Below, one piece after another: positions 21,125 to 30,641 of a DNA stretch of 64,000 nucleotides (the stretch's first letter is position 1; the number at the start of each line of letters is the position of its first letter). The notes under the pieces are model-generated. The model did not search any database. It had not been told where the DNA came from and worked only from the letters and a program-made list of their open reading frames with translations. The DNA is from Polyangiaceae bacterium (GTDB lineage: Bacteria > Myxococcota_A > Polyangia > Polyangiales > Polyangiaceae). The position numbers and the translations under genes were made by a program. The DNA is taken from positions 128,001 to 192,000 of the forward strand of contig JANRKO010000023.1 of the NCBI GenBank assembly GCA_033763455.1, in the 5' to 3' direction.

Positions 21125-21628
21125 ATGCCGAATCAATGTGTCGTCATTGCAGATGGTGCTCGAGCCCGTTTCTTCGCCTTGGAGTCCCGAGGCTTGCCGG
21201 AAATAGAGGGCGGGCCCGCGCTCTACGAGGCGGCGGATCTTGAGAATCCAGCGAAGGCTGGATCCTCGCGCGACAGTGCTCCGCCGAGCGATTCGCGTGG
21301 TCACAGGGGAAGCCCAAGTTCAGGTTCAAGCGATCATCGCGGGCGGCACCAGGCGCAAATGGATAGGCGCTTTGCCAAGCAGGTCGCACAGCGGGCAGCG
21401 GAGCTTGCTTACGGGCGTGGGGCGCATACCTGCATCATCGTTGCGGACCCGAAAACGCTCGGCATGTTACGCCCGGAGCTCAGAGCGTTAGGTAACCAGC
21501 AGGTCAGCTTCACTGAGCTCAGCAAAGATCTGTGCCGTTTGTCGGTGCACGAAATCCAGTCGCATCTTGCGCGGCTTGGGCAGCTGCCGGCTCGCCGAGC
21601 TCCGCGGTCGGTGCGCCCCGCGGCTTAG
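21125..21628 (+). CDS. Host-attachment family protein (baeRF/aeRF1-like fold)
   Basis: CVVIADGARARFF at the N-terminus, RRFAKQVA, IIVADPKTLGMLR, ELSKDL; GGGAG RBS. Confidence 0.85.
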   Translation: MPNQCVVIADGARARFFALESRGLPEIEGGPALYEAADLENPAKAGSSRDSAPPSDSRGHRGSPSSGSSDHRGRHQAQMDRRFAKQVAQRAAELAYGRGAHTCIIVADPKTLGMLRPELRALGNQQVSFTELSKDLCRLSVHEIQSHLARLGQLPARRAPRSVRPAA

Positions 21629-21668
21629 CCGCAATTCCGAGCTTGGATACGCGACATCCCCGAAAGGC

Positions 21669-22472
21669 TCACCGTTCGGGGATGTTAGCCTTCACGTGAG
21701 CAAGCTCCTCCGGGGCAGGCGGCTGTCCACTTTCGATGTTGGCCTTGATGGGCCGAGCGGAAGTTCTGTTGCGGCCTGCGTGTTTGGATTCATAAAGGGC
21801 TGCATCAGCCTCCTTGAGTAGCGTTCGCCAGGTATCAATCGCTGGTGTTGCCTCAGCAATCCCAAGAGATACGGTAATGCGACCGATCTGATCTAGGGGC
21901 GAGGCTGCAAGTTGCACGCGCAGCCTCTCGGCCAACACGAACGCTCCCTGTGCGTCGACGCCGGCCGCGAGAACTGCAAATTCATCACCGCCAAGGCGAG
22001 CCGCAAGATCCGTGGCACGGCAGGTTTCACGGATGGCCCCGGCAATTGCCTTAATTGCCATGTCGCCCGCGGCATGGCCCCAGCGGTCGTTGACCGCCTT
22101 AAGGCCATCCATGTCGATCAAGATGACGCTGACCGGGGTACCATAACGGCGACCCCTAGAAAATTCGGCTTCAAGCCGCATCTCAAAATTTCGGCGATTA
22201 CAGAGACCCGTAAGAACATCCGTAAACGCACTGGATTCCAGCCGATCGGCGGCTCGGCCCAGGAAGTGACCGGCAAGAGCTAACACCACGGAGGTGGAGG
22301 CTGCGGCGTAAGCGTAAAGAGCTGGGTCGCGAGTTAACTCCTCGGCCACAAATGCCGGGCTCGGGACGGCCCTCGCCATGGCTGCACGCAGGATCAAAAG
22401 GCCCGCTGGCGATCCCATCGCCAACGTTAAGCCGAGCCAGGTGTAGGTCCTACGTCGCCGCATCCATGCCAC
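21669..22472 (-). CDS. Membrane-bound GGDEF diguanylate cyclase
   Basis: Two TM helices, TDVLTGLCNRR, DMDGLKAVNDRWGHAAGD, RxxD (RATD), RLGGDEF. Confidence 0.93.
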   Translation of the reverse strand: MAWMRRRRTYTWLGLTLAMGSPAGLLILRAAMARAVPSPAFVAEELTRDPALYAYAAASTSVVLALAGHFLGRAADRLESSAFTDVLTGLCNRRNFEMRLEAEFSRGRRYGTPVSVILIDMDGLKAVNDRWGHAAGDMAIKAIAGAIRETCRATDLAARLGGDEFAVLAAGVDAQGAFVLAERLRVQLAASPLDQIGRITVSLGIAEATPAIDTWRTLLKEADAALYESKHAGRNRTSARPIKANIESGQPPAPEELAHVKANIPER

Positions 22473-22509
22473 ACTGTCCTAGCCCGCACCGTTCTAGGCC
22501 AAGCGTGGC

Positions 22510-23175
22510 TCACTCGCGCGACATGGGTTCAACAAGCGGCATATTGCTATGGGCAGCCGCAGCAACGTTGCGCGGAACGTAGTGGTAAGTGTGGGGACGT
22601 GGATGACGCTCGCTGTGTTGCGCGCACCAAATATCTTTACCCGCGGAGGCACGCCTCACCTCAATGCAACGAGGACAGGGAGGGGCTATCTCAGGCACCC
22701 GAGACTCCGGCTCTTTCCCTCGCACCACTAACACGGGGCAGCTCGCCATGCGCACAACCCCTTCTGCGACGGAGCCCAAGAGCAAACGCTCCACACCGCG
22801 TCGACCATGCGTGCCAACTACAAGCATGTCGCTTTCGAGATCCGAAGCTAGCTGCGCCAGCTGCTCAGCTGGGGCCCCAAGAGCAACGTGGGTAACGACC
22901 CGTTGCAGCCCACCGGCGTCTGTAAGCTCAGCAACCTTGCCTTCGGCATAGCGACGCACCTTCTCTGCGGCCTCGTCAAGGCTCATGGTGAGCACTCCGG
23001 CTTTATCGTCAACAAAAACCCCGACCCCCGCCGTACGAGCTACGTTTACGAAGTGGATTTCAGAGCGTGGCTGACCTTTGGCGAGTGCAAAGGCCTGGGC
23101 CACCGCAAGGTCGCCGAGCTCAGAGTAATCAATTCCGGTTACGATCGTGTATGTGCGGTTGCTCGCTAGCGTCAT
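22510..23175 (-). CDS. Universal stress protein with a C-terminal Cys/His-rich tail
   Basis: IVTGIDYS, VVGTHGRRGVERLLLGSVAEGVVRMASCPVLVV, tail CPRC-x13-CAQH...H. Confidence 0.9.
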   Translation of the reverse strand: MTLASNRTYTIVTGIDYSELGDLAVAQAFALAKGQPRSEIHFVNVARTAGVGVFVDDKAGVLTMSLDEAAEKVRRYAEGKVAELTDAGGLQRVVTHVALGAPAEQLAQLASDLESDMLVVGTHGRRGVERLLLGSVAEGVVRMASCPVLVVRGKEPESRVPEIAPPCPRCIEVRRASAGKDIWCAQHSERHPRPHTYHYVPRNVAAAAHSNMPLVEPMSRE

Positions 23176-23246
23176 GGCCGATGCTCCTCAGAGAAGAAAT
23201 TGGTGCCCGGGCTATTCGTCCGCTATAGGCACGTGCACCTGGCAGG

Positions 23247-23262
23247 TGCACATCACGTGCCA
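23247..23262 (-). promoter_or_regulatory. Sigma54 promoter for the USP gene
   Basis: Minus strand TGGCACGTGATGTGCA. Confidence 0.7.
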
Positions 23263-23349
23263 AAGTGCTTAAACAAGCCACGTTCGAGGGAACACGCGAA
23301 AGCGCTCGGAGTCTCTGCGCCATCGCGCCCCGTTCGCCACCAGAATGCC

Positions 23350-23364
23350 ACGCAGGTTTTGCGT
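23350..23364. promoter_or_regulatory. Enhancer-like palindrome ACGCA-N5-TGCGT
   Basis: Perfect half-site symmetry about 88 bp upstream of the sigma54 element at 23247-23262. Confidence 0.55.
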
Positions 23365-24293
23365 TAGTTTCGCTCGGCATCGCGCGCCATGCGCTCAGGC
23401 AGCGGCGCAAATGTTTGCCCGGATTCGGCGGGCTCGGTATGCACCAACACATCTCGAACATTTGGGAACTGGGCCTTGATCGCGTCAATCACCCAGTGAG
23501 TAACCTCATGCGCTTCCACCACGTTGAGGTGCGGGGCGATCTGTATGTGGAGATCCACATATACAGCACCGGGAACGCCGCGCGTGCGAATTCGGTGGGC
23601 ACTTGCCACACCTGGTACGCTGAGCACCGTGCTTTCAACGCTGTCCCTGTCGAGCTGCGCAGAATCGGCCAAATATCCCCAATTTTTGCGCACAATATCG
23701 ATGCCGGCCCAGCCGATAAAGCCCGCAACCAGAAGCGCCGCGCCAACGTCCGCCCAAGGGTAACCCGAGCGCACCAACACCACCGATGCCAACACCCCCA
23801 ACGTAACGGCTACGTCGCTTTTGGTGTGCGTTGCATCGCTAGCAAGGAAGCTACTGCTCAAGTCCTTGGCCCGCTTCCCTTCATAGGCCGCCACCCCAAT
23901 GTTAACTAAAAGCGTCCCGATGAGCACCACATAGGACGACCTATCCAGCATCGGCGCCACGTTCGCCTCGCCCAACATTCGACCCACAGCGCTGTGCACC
24001 ACGTCGTAAGCCACCAGCATGAGCAAAGCCCCTACAAAACCGGCCGCAGCGAGCTCAATTTTCTGGTGCCCGTAGGGATGACCTCTGTCGGCTGGACGAG
24101 CAGCCCACGCGACGCTCACAATGCCGACGATATTGTTCGACGCGTCCGTCAATGAATGGAAACCGTCAGCGCGGATGGCCAAAGCGGATGCCCAGTACCC
24201 GTACGCGATCTTTCCGACTGCAACAGCTATGTTGAGCCCCAAAGTGACCAAGAGCACATGTCGAACTCCTCGCGCTCGTTGGGCTTCGTCCAT
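23364..24293 (-). CDS. Cation diffusion facilitator (FieF-like) transporter
   Basis: ADGFHSLTD, HPYGHQKIE, SDATHTKSD, C-terminal domain DLHI...AHEV...VLVHTEP. Confidence 0.93.
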   Translation of the reverse strand: MDEAQRARGVRHVLLVTLGLNIAVAVGKIAYGYWASALAIRADGFHSLTDASNNIVGIVSVAWAARPADRGHPYGHQKIELAAAGFVGALLMLVAYDVVHSAVGRMLGEANVAPMLDRSSYVVLIGTLLVNIGVAAYEGKRAKDLSSSFLASDATHTKSDVAVTLGVLASVVLVRSGYPWADVGAALLVAGFIGWAGIDIVRKNWGYLADSAQLDRDSVESTVLSVPGVASAHRIRTRGVPGAVYVDLHIQIAPHLNVVEAHEVTHWVIDAIKAQFPNVRDVLVHTEPAESGQTFAPLPERMARDAERN

Positions 24294-24371
24294 GGGCACC
24301 TGCCTGAATAGCATCGAACCGGGCCGGCCTTACGACAAGCAACGCCGATTTTTCACCCAAAGGCGGCTTAA

Positions 24372-24455
24372 GTGCAGGATTTTCGCAAAACTCGGTGCCG
24401 CGCGAGCGGCTTAAATGGCTTAGGCATGCTCGCCTCGTTCGGCCTGGGTCTTGCA
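24372..24455 (+). promoter_or_regulatory. Enhancer-like site plus sigma54 promoter for the usp-usp-globin kinase operon
   Basis: GTGCA-GGATT-TTCGC (24372-24386) and CGGCCTGGGTCTTGCA (24440-24455, GG-N10-GC). Confidence 0.55.
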
Positions 24456-24486
24456 GATTCGTAGCCACTGGACCCCCACGGAACCC

Positions 24487-24936
24487 ATGCAGTCCATGGA
24501 TCGAATCTTATGTGCAGTAGATTTTTCGGAGGGTGCCCCGTTGGTGCTCAAGCAAGCACTCAACTTGGCTGCGCTGAGCGGTGGGAACGTTGAAGTGGTA
24601 CACGTGTGCAACGTTCCTCCCTATTTCGGGCCTGAGTTGATGGTGTGGGTGGACGCGGGCTCTACTCCCCTTTCCCAAGTCGCTGAAGAAGCGGCACGAG
24701 CACGTCTCGCAGCGCTTCTAGCAGAGCTCACCCCCGAAGAGCGCGCGCGAACTACCACGAGCATCGAATTCGGTCCTCCGGCGGACGCTCTGCTGAGAGT
24801 TGCGAAAGATCGAGAAAGCAACCTCATAGTCATGGGAACGCACGGCCGAACAGGTCTCGGGCATGTAATGCTCGGAAGTGTGGCAGAACGAGTTGTAAGA
24901 AGCTCTCACTGTCCGGTATTGGTGGTGCGCCCCTAA
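24487..24936 (+). CDS. Universal stress protein
   Basis: [43 protein letters not shown]. Confidence 0.93.
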   Translation: MQSMDRILCAVDFSEGAPLVLKQALNLAALSGGNVEVVHVCNVPPYFGPELMVWVDAGSTPLSQVAEEAARARLAALLAELTPEERARTTTSIEFGPPADALLRVAKDRESNLIVMGTHGRTGLGHVMLGSVAERVVRSSHCPVLVVRP

Positions 24937-24975
24937 GCGACCGAAAGTTTAGAGGAAAGGCAATAGGACCGAAGC

Positions 24976-25449
24976 ATGGCAACTAAACTAAGTAAGATCC
25001 TGGTAGCGGTCGATTTCTCAGAGTGTTCTATGCGCGCTCTCGAGAAAGCGAGCGAGTTAGCCCTTGCGTGTGGGGCCAGTGTCGACATCTTGCACGTCTG
25101 GGAAATGCCGAGCTTTCTGCCCCCAACCACGCTAGTGGGCCCAGATCTGGAGATGCAGCAGCCCCTCCTAGAATTGGTGCGGGAACACGCTGCGAACGAG
25201 CTGGCGCGCTTTGGAGCGGATGCTGCCGCGAAAGGGCTGAAGGTGGGAGCCGCAAGGAGCGCCGAGGGGGATCCATGGCGCACGATCGTTTCAACTGCAG
25301 AACATGACCACTACGACCTGATCGCACTTGGAACCATGGGACGCACGGGCCTTATGCACGTAATGCTCGGCAGCGTCGCCGAAAAAGTCGTGCGCCATTC
25401 ATCCGTTCCCGTGCTCACGGTGCGCATGGCAGAGGCTGCGGTCAAATAG
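24976..25449 (+). CDS. Universal stress protein
   Basis: KILVAVDFS, GTMGRTGLMHVMLGSVAEKVVRHSSVPVLTV. Confidence 0.93.
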   Translation: MATKLSKILVAVDFSECSMRALEKASELALACGASVDILHVWEMPSFLPPTTLVGPDLEMQQPLLELVREHAANELARFGADAAAKGLKVGAARSAEGDPWRTIVSTAEHDHYDLIALGTMGRTGLMHVMLGSVAEKVVRHSSVPVLTVRMAEAAVK

Positions 25450-25489
25450 CTGACATCTTGCGCTTTACCCGCAATCCAGAGCTTTTTGC

Positions 25490-26953
25490 ATGGACGTCGC
25501 CCAGTACGAGAGCATCAAAACCTACGTTGGGTTTGGCGAGGATTCCGCCCAGATGCTGCGCGCGTTCCATGCGGTCGCCTCACCTCACTTCGAAGGTATT
25601 ACTGCAGATTTCTACGACACTCTGGAACGGCATCCGGCAGCACGCGGCGCGATTGTGGGTGGCCGTGAGCAAGTTGAGCGTCTCAAGCGAACGCTGGTCG
25701 CTTGGATGCACTCTGTGCTCCTAGGCCCGCATGATGAAGCATACCTGGCACAACATGCGCGCATCGGGCGGGTGCATGTTCAGATCGGGTTGCCACAGGA
25801 ATTCATGCTCACTGCGATGAATCGAATTCGCGAGCAGTTCCTTGCCCACAGCCAACGCGCCCACGCCGGGAGCGCGACCCTTCAGGCCAAAAGCTCGCGC
25901 GCCATTAATCAGGTGCTCGATTTGGAGCTTGCGATCATGCTCGATAGCTATCGGGACGATCTGCTAATGCTGCGCTTGACTAAAGAGCGCCAAGAAGTTG
26001 CTGAGGCCGTGCCTGTGTTCGTGCTCGCGCTCGACGATAACGGGCGAATACAGCTTTGGAACCGCGCACTTGAAGAAGCTACCGGTTTTCCCCGGACCGA
26101 AATGCTCGGAAAGCCCGGAAAAGAGCTTGTGTCGGACGCGGGCGACAGAAAGCTTCCGATAAAATCTGGCGGCCACCGCATCGCCAGGTGGCGCGCAGCT
26201 CCGGGCTCGGGTGGTCTCACGTACGCGATGGGCGTCGACGTGACGAGCGAAGTGGAGATGCAACGGCGAACCTTACGCGCCGAGCGCCTGGCGGCCGTCG
26301 GAACGCTGGCGGCAGGCCTAGCACATGAAGTGCGCAATCCTTTAAATTCTGCAACTCTTCAGCTTCAAGTGCTCAAGCGTCGCGTTGAGCGCGGTGGTCG
26401 GGACGTCGGCACACTGATGCCCGTATGCGAGGTAGTGCTCGATGAGATCCGACGGCTCGATCATCTCGTTACAGACTTCCTTGCATTCGCGCGACCCAGG
26501 CCGCTGGAGCTCCGCCCTGTGGACCCCAACGAAGTGGTAAATTCCGTGTTGACCCTGGTGCGCGCAGAAGCCGAGTCGGCAGGCATTGAGCTCCAGCTGG
26601 AACAGAGCGTGGGGCTCGGCGTAGTCCCCGCAGAATCTGAACGCTTGCGCCAGGTTCTCCTCAACCTCATGCGGAATGCCATCGAAGCGATGGGGGGCCA
26701 TGGCACCCTTCGGATCACCACGCGTGACCCCGATGCCGAGGGGTTTGTACAGATCGAAGTGCACGACACAGGCCCCGGCTTCCCAGAAGATGCACCCGTA
26801 TTCGACGCGTTCTACACGACCAAAGCGGCAGGAACGGGCCTCGGCTTGGCCATCGTCCACAGCATCGTGACCGACCACGGCGGCACTATTTCGGTGACTT
26901 CAGAGCCGGGGAATACCTGCTTCACGATTCGCCTCCCGACCCAAGCGGGCTAG
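25490..26953 (+). CDS. Globin-coupled (protoglobin) PAS histidine kinase
   Basis: Sensor globin (YVGF, DFY with B10 Tyr, RIGRVHV with proximal His), PAS, H-box AHEVRNPL, N/G boxes (NLMRNA, DTGPG, GTGLGL). Confidence 0.92.
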   Translation: MDVAQYESIKTYVGFGEDSAQMLRAFHAVASPHFEGITADFYDTLERHPAARGAIVGGREQVERLKRTLVAWMHSVLLGPHDEAYLAQHARIGRVHVQIGLPQEFMLTAMNRIREQFLAHSQRAHAGSATLQAKSSRAINQVLDLELAIMLDSYRDDLLMLRLTKERQEVAEAVPVFVLALDDNGRIQLWNRALEEATGFPRTEMLGKPGKELVSDAGDRKLPIKSGGHRIARWRAAPGSGGLTYAMGVDVTSEVEMQRRTLRAERLAAVGTLAAGLAHEVRNPLNSATLQLQVLKRRVERGGRDVGTLMPVCEVVLDEIRRLDHLVTDFLAFARPRPLELRPVDPNEVVNSVLTLVRAEAESAGIELQLEQSVGLGVVPAESERLRQVLLNLMRNAIEAMGGHGTLRITTRDPDAEGFVQIEVHDTGPGFPEDAPVFDAFYTTKAAGTGLGLAIVHSIVTDHGGTISVTSEPGNTCFTIRLPTQAG

Positions 26954-26970
26954 CCCAGCGTTGGGGCACT

Positions 26971-27186
26971 ACGCATATTTTGCGCCACGGAACTCCTGCC
27001 TCGCATCGAGTTCGCACTCCATAAAATATCGGATTTTTGGAGGAATCAGCGACCGTTTTGCCTGATTTAGCGAAGCGTGTGCGCATATTTTTCGCGCCAA
27101 CGGGCATGCTTCAGGCGTCCTCGCCGTTCAAATCTGCGCACTTTGCTCTCTGTGACGCTGGTCGAGCAACCGGCACACGCCGTGCA
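26971..27186 (+). promoter_or_regulatory. Two enhancer-like sites plus a sigma54 promoter for the NtrC-like regulator
   Basis: ACGCATATTTTGCGC (26971-26985), GCGCATATTTTTCGC (27081-27095), CGGCACACGCCGTGCA (27171-27186). Confidence 0.65.
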
Positions 27187-27222
27187 TGTGGCGGGCCTAG
27201 AAACCCGGAGCGAGACTCAGCC

Positions 27223-28638
27223 GTGACGACCAAAGGATGCATCCTCATTGTTGATGACGAGGCGAACGCGAGAAGCGCCCTGGCCGAGATCTTGAAGGAG
27301 GAGGGCTACACCGTGGAGACCGCCGCGGATGGCTTCAAGGCACTTGGGCGTTTGACCGATTTCGAGCCCGACGTCGTGCTCACGGATCTGAAGATGCCAG
27401 GGATGGACGGAGTGGAGCTCTTGAGGAAGCTCCGCGAACGCGACCGCGAAGCTGCGGTGGTGTTGATGACTGCCTTTGGGGCTGTGGAAACTGCCGTTTC
27501 GGCCATGCGCGAAGGGGCCGCGGATTATCTTACCAAGCCGCTCAATACCGATGAGCTGTTGATGATCCTGGAGCGCGCCCTCGAACGCCGACGGTTGCGA
27601 CACGAAACTGAGCAACTCAAGACGCAACTCACAGAGCGTTACAATTTCGACAACATTGTCGGTGCTTCCCCCGAGATGCAGCAGGTTTTCAAGAGTATCG
27701 CACAGGTGGCCGGAAGCCGTGCCACTGTGCTGCTTACGGGAGAATCAGGCACTGGAAAAGAGCTTGTGGCGGCGGCTATTCACCATCGCTCACCCAGGCG
27801 TGAGGCGCCGTTCATCAAGCTTCACTGCGCAGCTCTCGCCGAAACGTTGCTTGAAAGCGAGCTATTTGGGCACGAAAAAGGCTCCTACACGGGGGCAGAC
27901 CGGCGACGTGAAGGTCGGTTCGAGCAGGCCAACGGCGGGACACTGTTTTTGGACGAAATTGGGGAGATATCACCATCCACCCAGGTAAAGCTGCTTCGTG
28001 TATTGCAGGAGCGTGAGTTCGAGCGTGTCGGTGGAAATCAAACCATCCAAGTAGACGTACGCGTGATCGCGGCGAGCAACCGCAACCTGAAGCAAATGGT
28101 GGACGAGGGGAAATTCCGCGAAGATCTCTACTACCGGCTCAATGTGATCAACATTGTGCTTCCGCCCCTGCGGAAGAGGCCCACAGACGTTGCAGCGCTC
28201 GCCGCACACTTTCTCAAACGTTTCAGCAAGGAGAACGAAAAGTCAGTCACGCGTATTTCCGACGGTGCGCTCGCTCAGCTGGTTGGCCACTCCTGGCCTG
28301 GGAACGTGCGAGAACTTGAAAACATCATCGAACGAGCGGTGGTCTTGGCAGACGGCCCTGCCATCGAAGTGCACCATTTGCCGCCAGAGATTGCCACCGC
28401 CGCTCGCAATAGCTCCGTTCCGGTCGTCCCAGGCTGCTCACTCGCAGATCTAGAACGGTACGCCATTCTGCAAACGTTGGAGGCCCAAGGAGGCTCAACC
28501 AGCAGAGCCGCCGACATTTTGGGCATCAGTGTGCGCAAGATCCAATACAAACTGCAGGAATACGGAGCCGCGCCCAAGAGCCACTCACCGGCGGTTCACG
28601 CGAGTGATCGTGCCCCAGCCCCGACTATTGGAAAGTGA
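27223..28638 (+). CDS. Sigma54-dependent response regulator (REC-AAA+-HTH; NtrC/AtoC family)
   Basis: [52 protein letters not shown], Fis-type HTH. Confidence 0.95.
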   Translation: MTTKGCILIVDDEANARSALAEILKEEGYTVETAADGFKALGRLTDFEPDVVLTDLKMPGMDGVELLRKLRERDREAAVVLMTAFGAVETAVSAMREGAADYLTKPLNTDELLMILERALERRRLRHETEQLKTQLTERYNFDNIVGASPEMQQVFKSIAQVAGSRATVLLTGESGTGKELVAAAIHHRSPRREAPFIKLHCAALAETLLESELFGHEKGSYTGADRRREGRFEQANGGTLFLDEIGEISPSTQVKLLRVLQEREFERVGGNQTIQVDVRVIAASNRNLKQMVDEGKFREDLYYRLNVINIVLPPLRKRPTDVAALAAHFLKRFSKENEKSVTRISDGALAQLVGHSWPGNVRELENIIERAVVLADGPAIEVHHLPPEIATAARNSSVPVVPGCSLADLERYAILQTLEAQGGSTSRAADILGISVRKIQYKLQEYGAAPKSHSPAVHASDRAPAPTIGK

Positions 28639-29132
28639 ACACGGTTCCACAAATACTTGTCCCAACGGACTTTTCGGCAGGGGCGGAGGTCGCACTGGAT
28701 GAAGCGCTCCGGCTTGCTCAGCTCATTCGGGCCGATGTCGTTTTGTTGCACGTGTTAGCACCCTATGTGAACGCCCCATCCCATTTTTTCTTGCAGGAAG
28801 CCGGAAGCCGCAATGCACGGTTAGCGGCTGACATAGCGCGAGATCACGCTCGCTTCAGGCTCAAGAAGTTAGCCGAGCGAGTTCAAGCGGTAACAAGCAA
28901 GACACCGCAGACGCGCGTGGAGTTTGGAACGCCCGACGAGTTAATTGGGACGCTTGCCGAAGAAGGTGGCTACAGGTTTATTGTACTTGGAACCCACGGG
29001 GCCTCAGACACTCCAGAAACATTGGGTAGTGTCGCTGAACGAGTCCTCACACGCGCGCCCTGCCCTGTGCTGGTGGTGCCGCAGGCCGCTGCGCCGGCCT
29101 TGCTTACGGTGGCTGCGGCTTCAGTGTTCTAG
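28635..29132 (+). CDS. Universal stress protein
   Basis: [12 protein letters not shown]...[23 protein letters not shown] overlap with the regulator. Confidence 0.9.
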   Translation: MNTVPQILVPTDFSAGAEVALDEALRLAQLIRADVVLLHVLAPYVNAPSHFFLQEAGSRNARLAADIARDHARFRLKKLAERVQAVTSKTPQTRVEFGTPDELIGTLAEEGGYRFIVLGTHGASDTPETLGSVAERVLTRAPCPVLVVPQAAAPALLTVAAASVF

Positions 29133-29231
29133 GGAATACGCAGCAAAAACCACCAAAAGTGGCCGACAGAGCGAAACATCCGTTCGCCTCCTGTGGCGTG
29201 GCTCCGGGGGGATCACTAGACTGCCGACGCA

Positions 29232-30608
29232 ATGGACTGGCTGCTAGAGACTCCCGACGCTTTTGCACAGCACCTTGAGTCACTTGGCACGCGGCGAGCG
29301 TGCTTTGTATTCGGGGCGACACCCCGTGCGTCACATCCTTCGTTGGAGCCGATGCTCGAAGCAATGGTGGCCACCCTTGGCGCCGGGGGCCACGAGGCCG
29401 TCTTCCTTGAGGTAGGAGAGCGCACAGGCGCTCTCTTCGGTGCATTCGTGCACAGAACGCGGCGAGGGCAAGCCGCAGGTGGGCTGCGACACTGGTCCTA
29501 CGGGTCCATTCGCGCTCTACTAAATGACGGCCTGCGGCTATCGAAGGCCATGACACGCAAAAATGCACTCGCGGGCCTTTGGTGGGGCGGCGGCAAAGGG
29601 ATCATCGCGCAGCAGGCCGGCGAGCGCTATCGCGACGCAGATTACCGCGCCCAGCTGTACCAAGAGTACGGCACGTTCGTGACCTCCCTACGTGGCCTAT
29701 ATGTCACCGCAGAAGATGTAGGCACCCAGCCGGCAGACATTGGTAATGTATTCAAAACCACCCGCTTCGTGACGTGTATTCCCCCTTCCCTAGGTGGCTC
29801 GGGCAACCCATCCATTTCGACGGCCACGGGCGTAATTTGTGCGATGGAGGCCGCTCTTGCCCATCAAGGTTTAGGCGATTTGAACGGCAAGCGCGTGGCA
29901 GTTCAGGGCCTTGGAAACGTGGCCTCTTCGCTCATCGAACAGCTGTTGCGCAAAGGTGTCGCGGAGATTGTTGCGGCCGATATTTCTGAGCCACAGGTGC
30001 AAGCTGCCAGAATTCGCTTCGCCAAACATCCGGTTACCATCTCCGCAGTTTTACCCTCAGACACCAGCATCTTGGCAGAGCCTTGCGATATTCTGGCACC
30101 TTCGGCACTTGGCGGGGTGCTGAATGCCATCACGATTCCGCAGATCAGAGCGAAAATTGTCTGCGGTGCAGCGAATAACCAACTCGACGATGAGGAGCGC
30201 GACGCCCAAGCTTTGGCCGATCGCGGCATCGTGTACATTCCGGATTTCGTGGCCAACCGCATGGGCATCGTGCGTTGCGCCAACGAACAGTACGGAACGC
30301 TTCCGGATGATCCGGCAATTCGCCGCCACTTTGATCGAACGTGGGAAAACTCCGTGTACCTAATCACTGAGCAAGTTCTCAACTTTGCTCGGGAGCGCGG
30401 GCTTACGACCTCAGCCGCTGCCAATCAAGTTGCCGACGAAATGAGTGAGGAGCTTCACCCGATCTGGGAACACCGCGGTAAGCTCACGCTCGAAAGCCTG
30501 CTGGACGAGCTCTGGCACCTCGAAGGGGCCATTCCCGATCCGCGTGCTTCGGGGCCCGTACCCACGCTGAAGTCGCCATTTCTAGAGATCATCGAGCCAT
30601 CAGGCTGA
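29232..30608 (+). CDS. Glu/Leu/Phe/Val dehydrogenase family protein
   Basis: GGLRHW, MTRKNALAGLWWGGGK, AEDVG, VQGLGNV, GAANNQL, PDFVAN. Confidence 0.88.
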   Translation: MDWLLETPDAFAQHLESLGTRRACFVFGATPRASHPSLEPMLEAMVATLGAGGHEAVFLEVGERTGALFGAFVHRTRRGQAAGGLRHWSYGSIRALLNDGLRLSKAMTRKNALAGLWWGGGKGIIAQQAGERYRDADYRAQLYQEYGTFVTSLRGLYVTAEDVGTQPADIGNVFKTTRFVTCIPPSLGGSGNPSISTATGVICAMEAALAHQGLGDLNGKRVAVQGLGNVASSLIEQLLRKGVAEIVAADISEPQVQAARIRFAKHPVTISAVLPSDTSILAEPCDILAPSALGGVLNAITIPQIRAKIVCGAANNQLDDEERDAQALADRGIVYIPDFVANRMGIVRCANEQYGTLPDDPAIRRHFDRTWENSVYLITEQVLNFARERGLTTSAAANQVADEMSEELHPIWEHRGKLTLESLLDELWHLEGAIPDPRASGPVPTLKSPFLEIIEPSG

Positions 30609-30641
30609 TTCGGCAGGCCGCAGTTTGCCCAACAAAGGCGT

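Noticed and set aside
24416..24430. TGGCTTAGGCATGCT as a sigma54 promoter
   Set aside because: The GG-to-GC spacing is 9, not 10; the element at 24440-24455 fits instead.
27037..27222. 5' extension of the sigma54 regulator ORF
   Set aside because: The region holds the promoter and enhancer sites; the receiver domain starts at GTG 27223.
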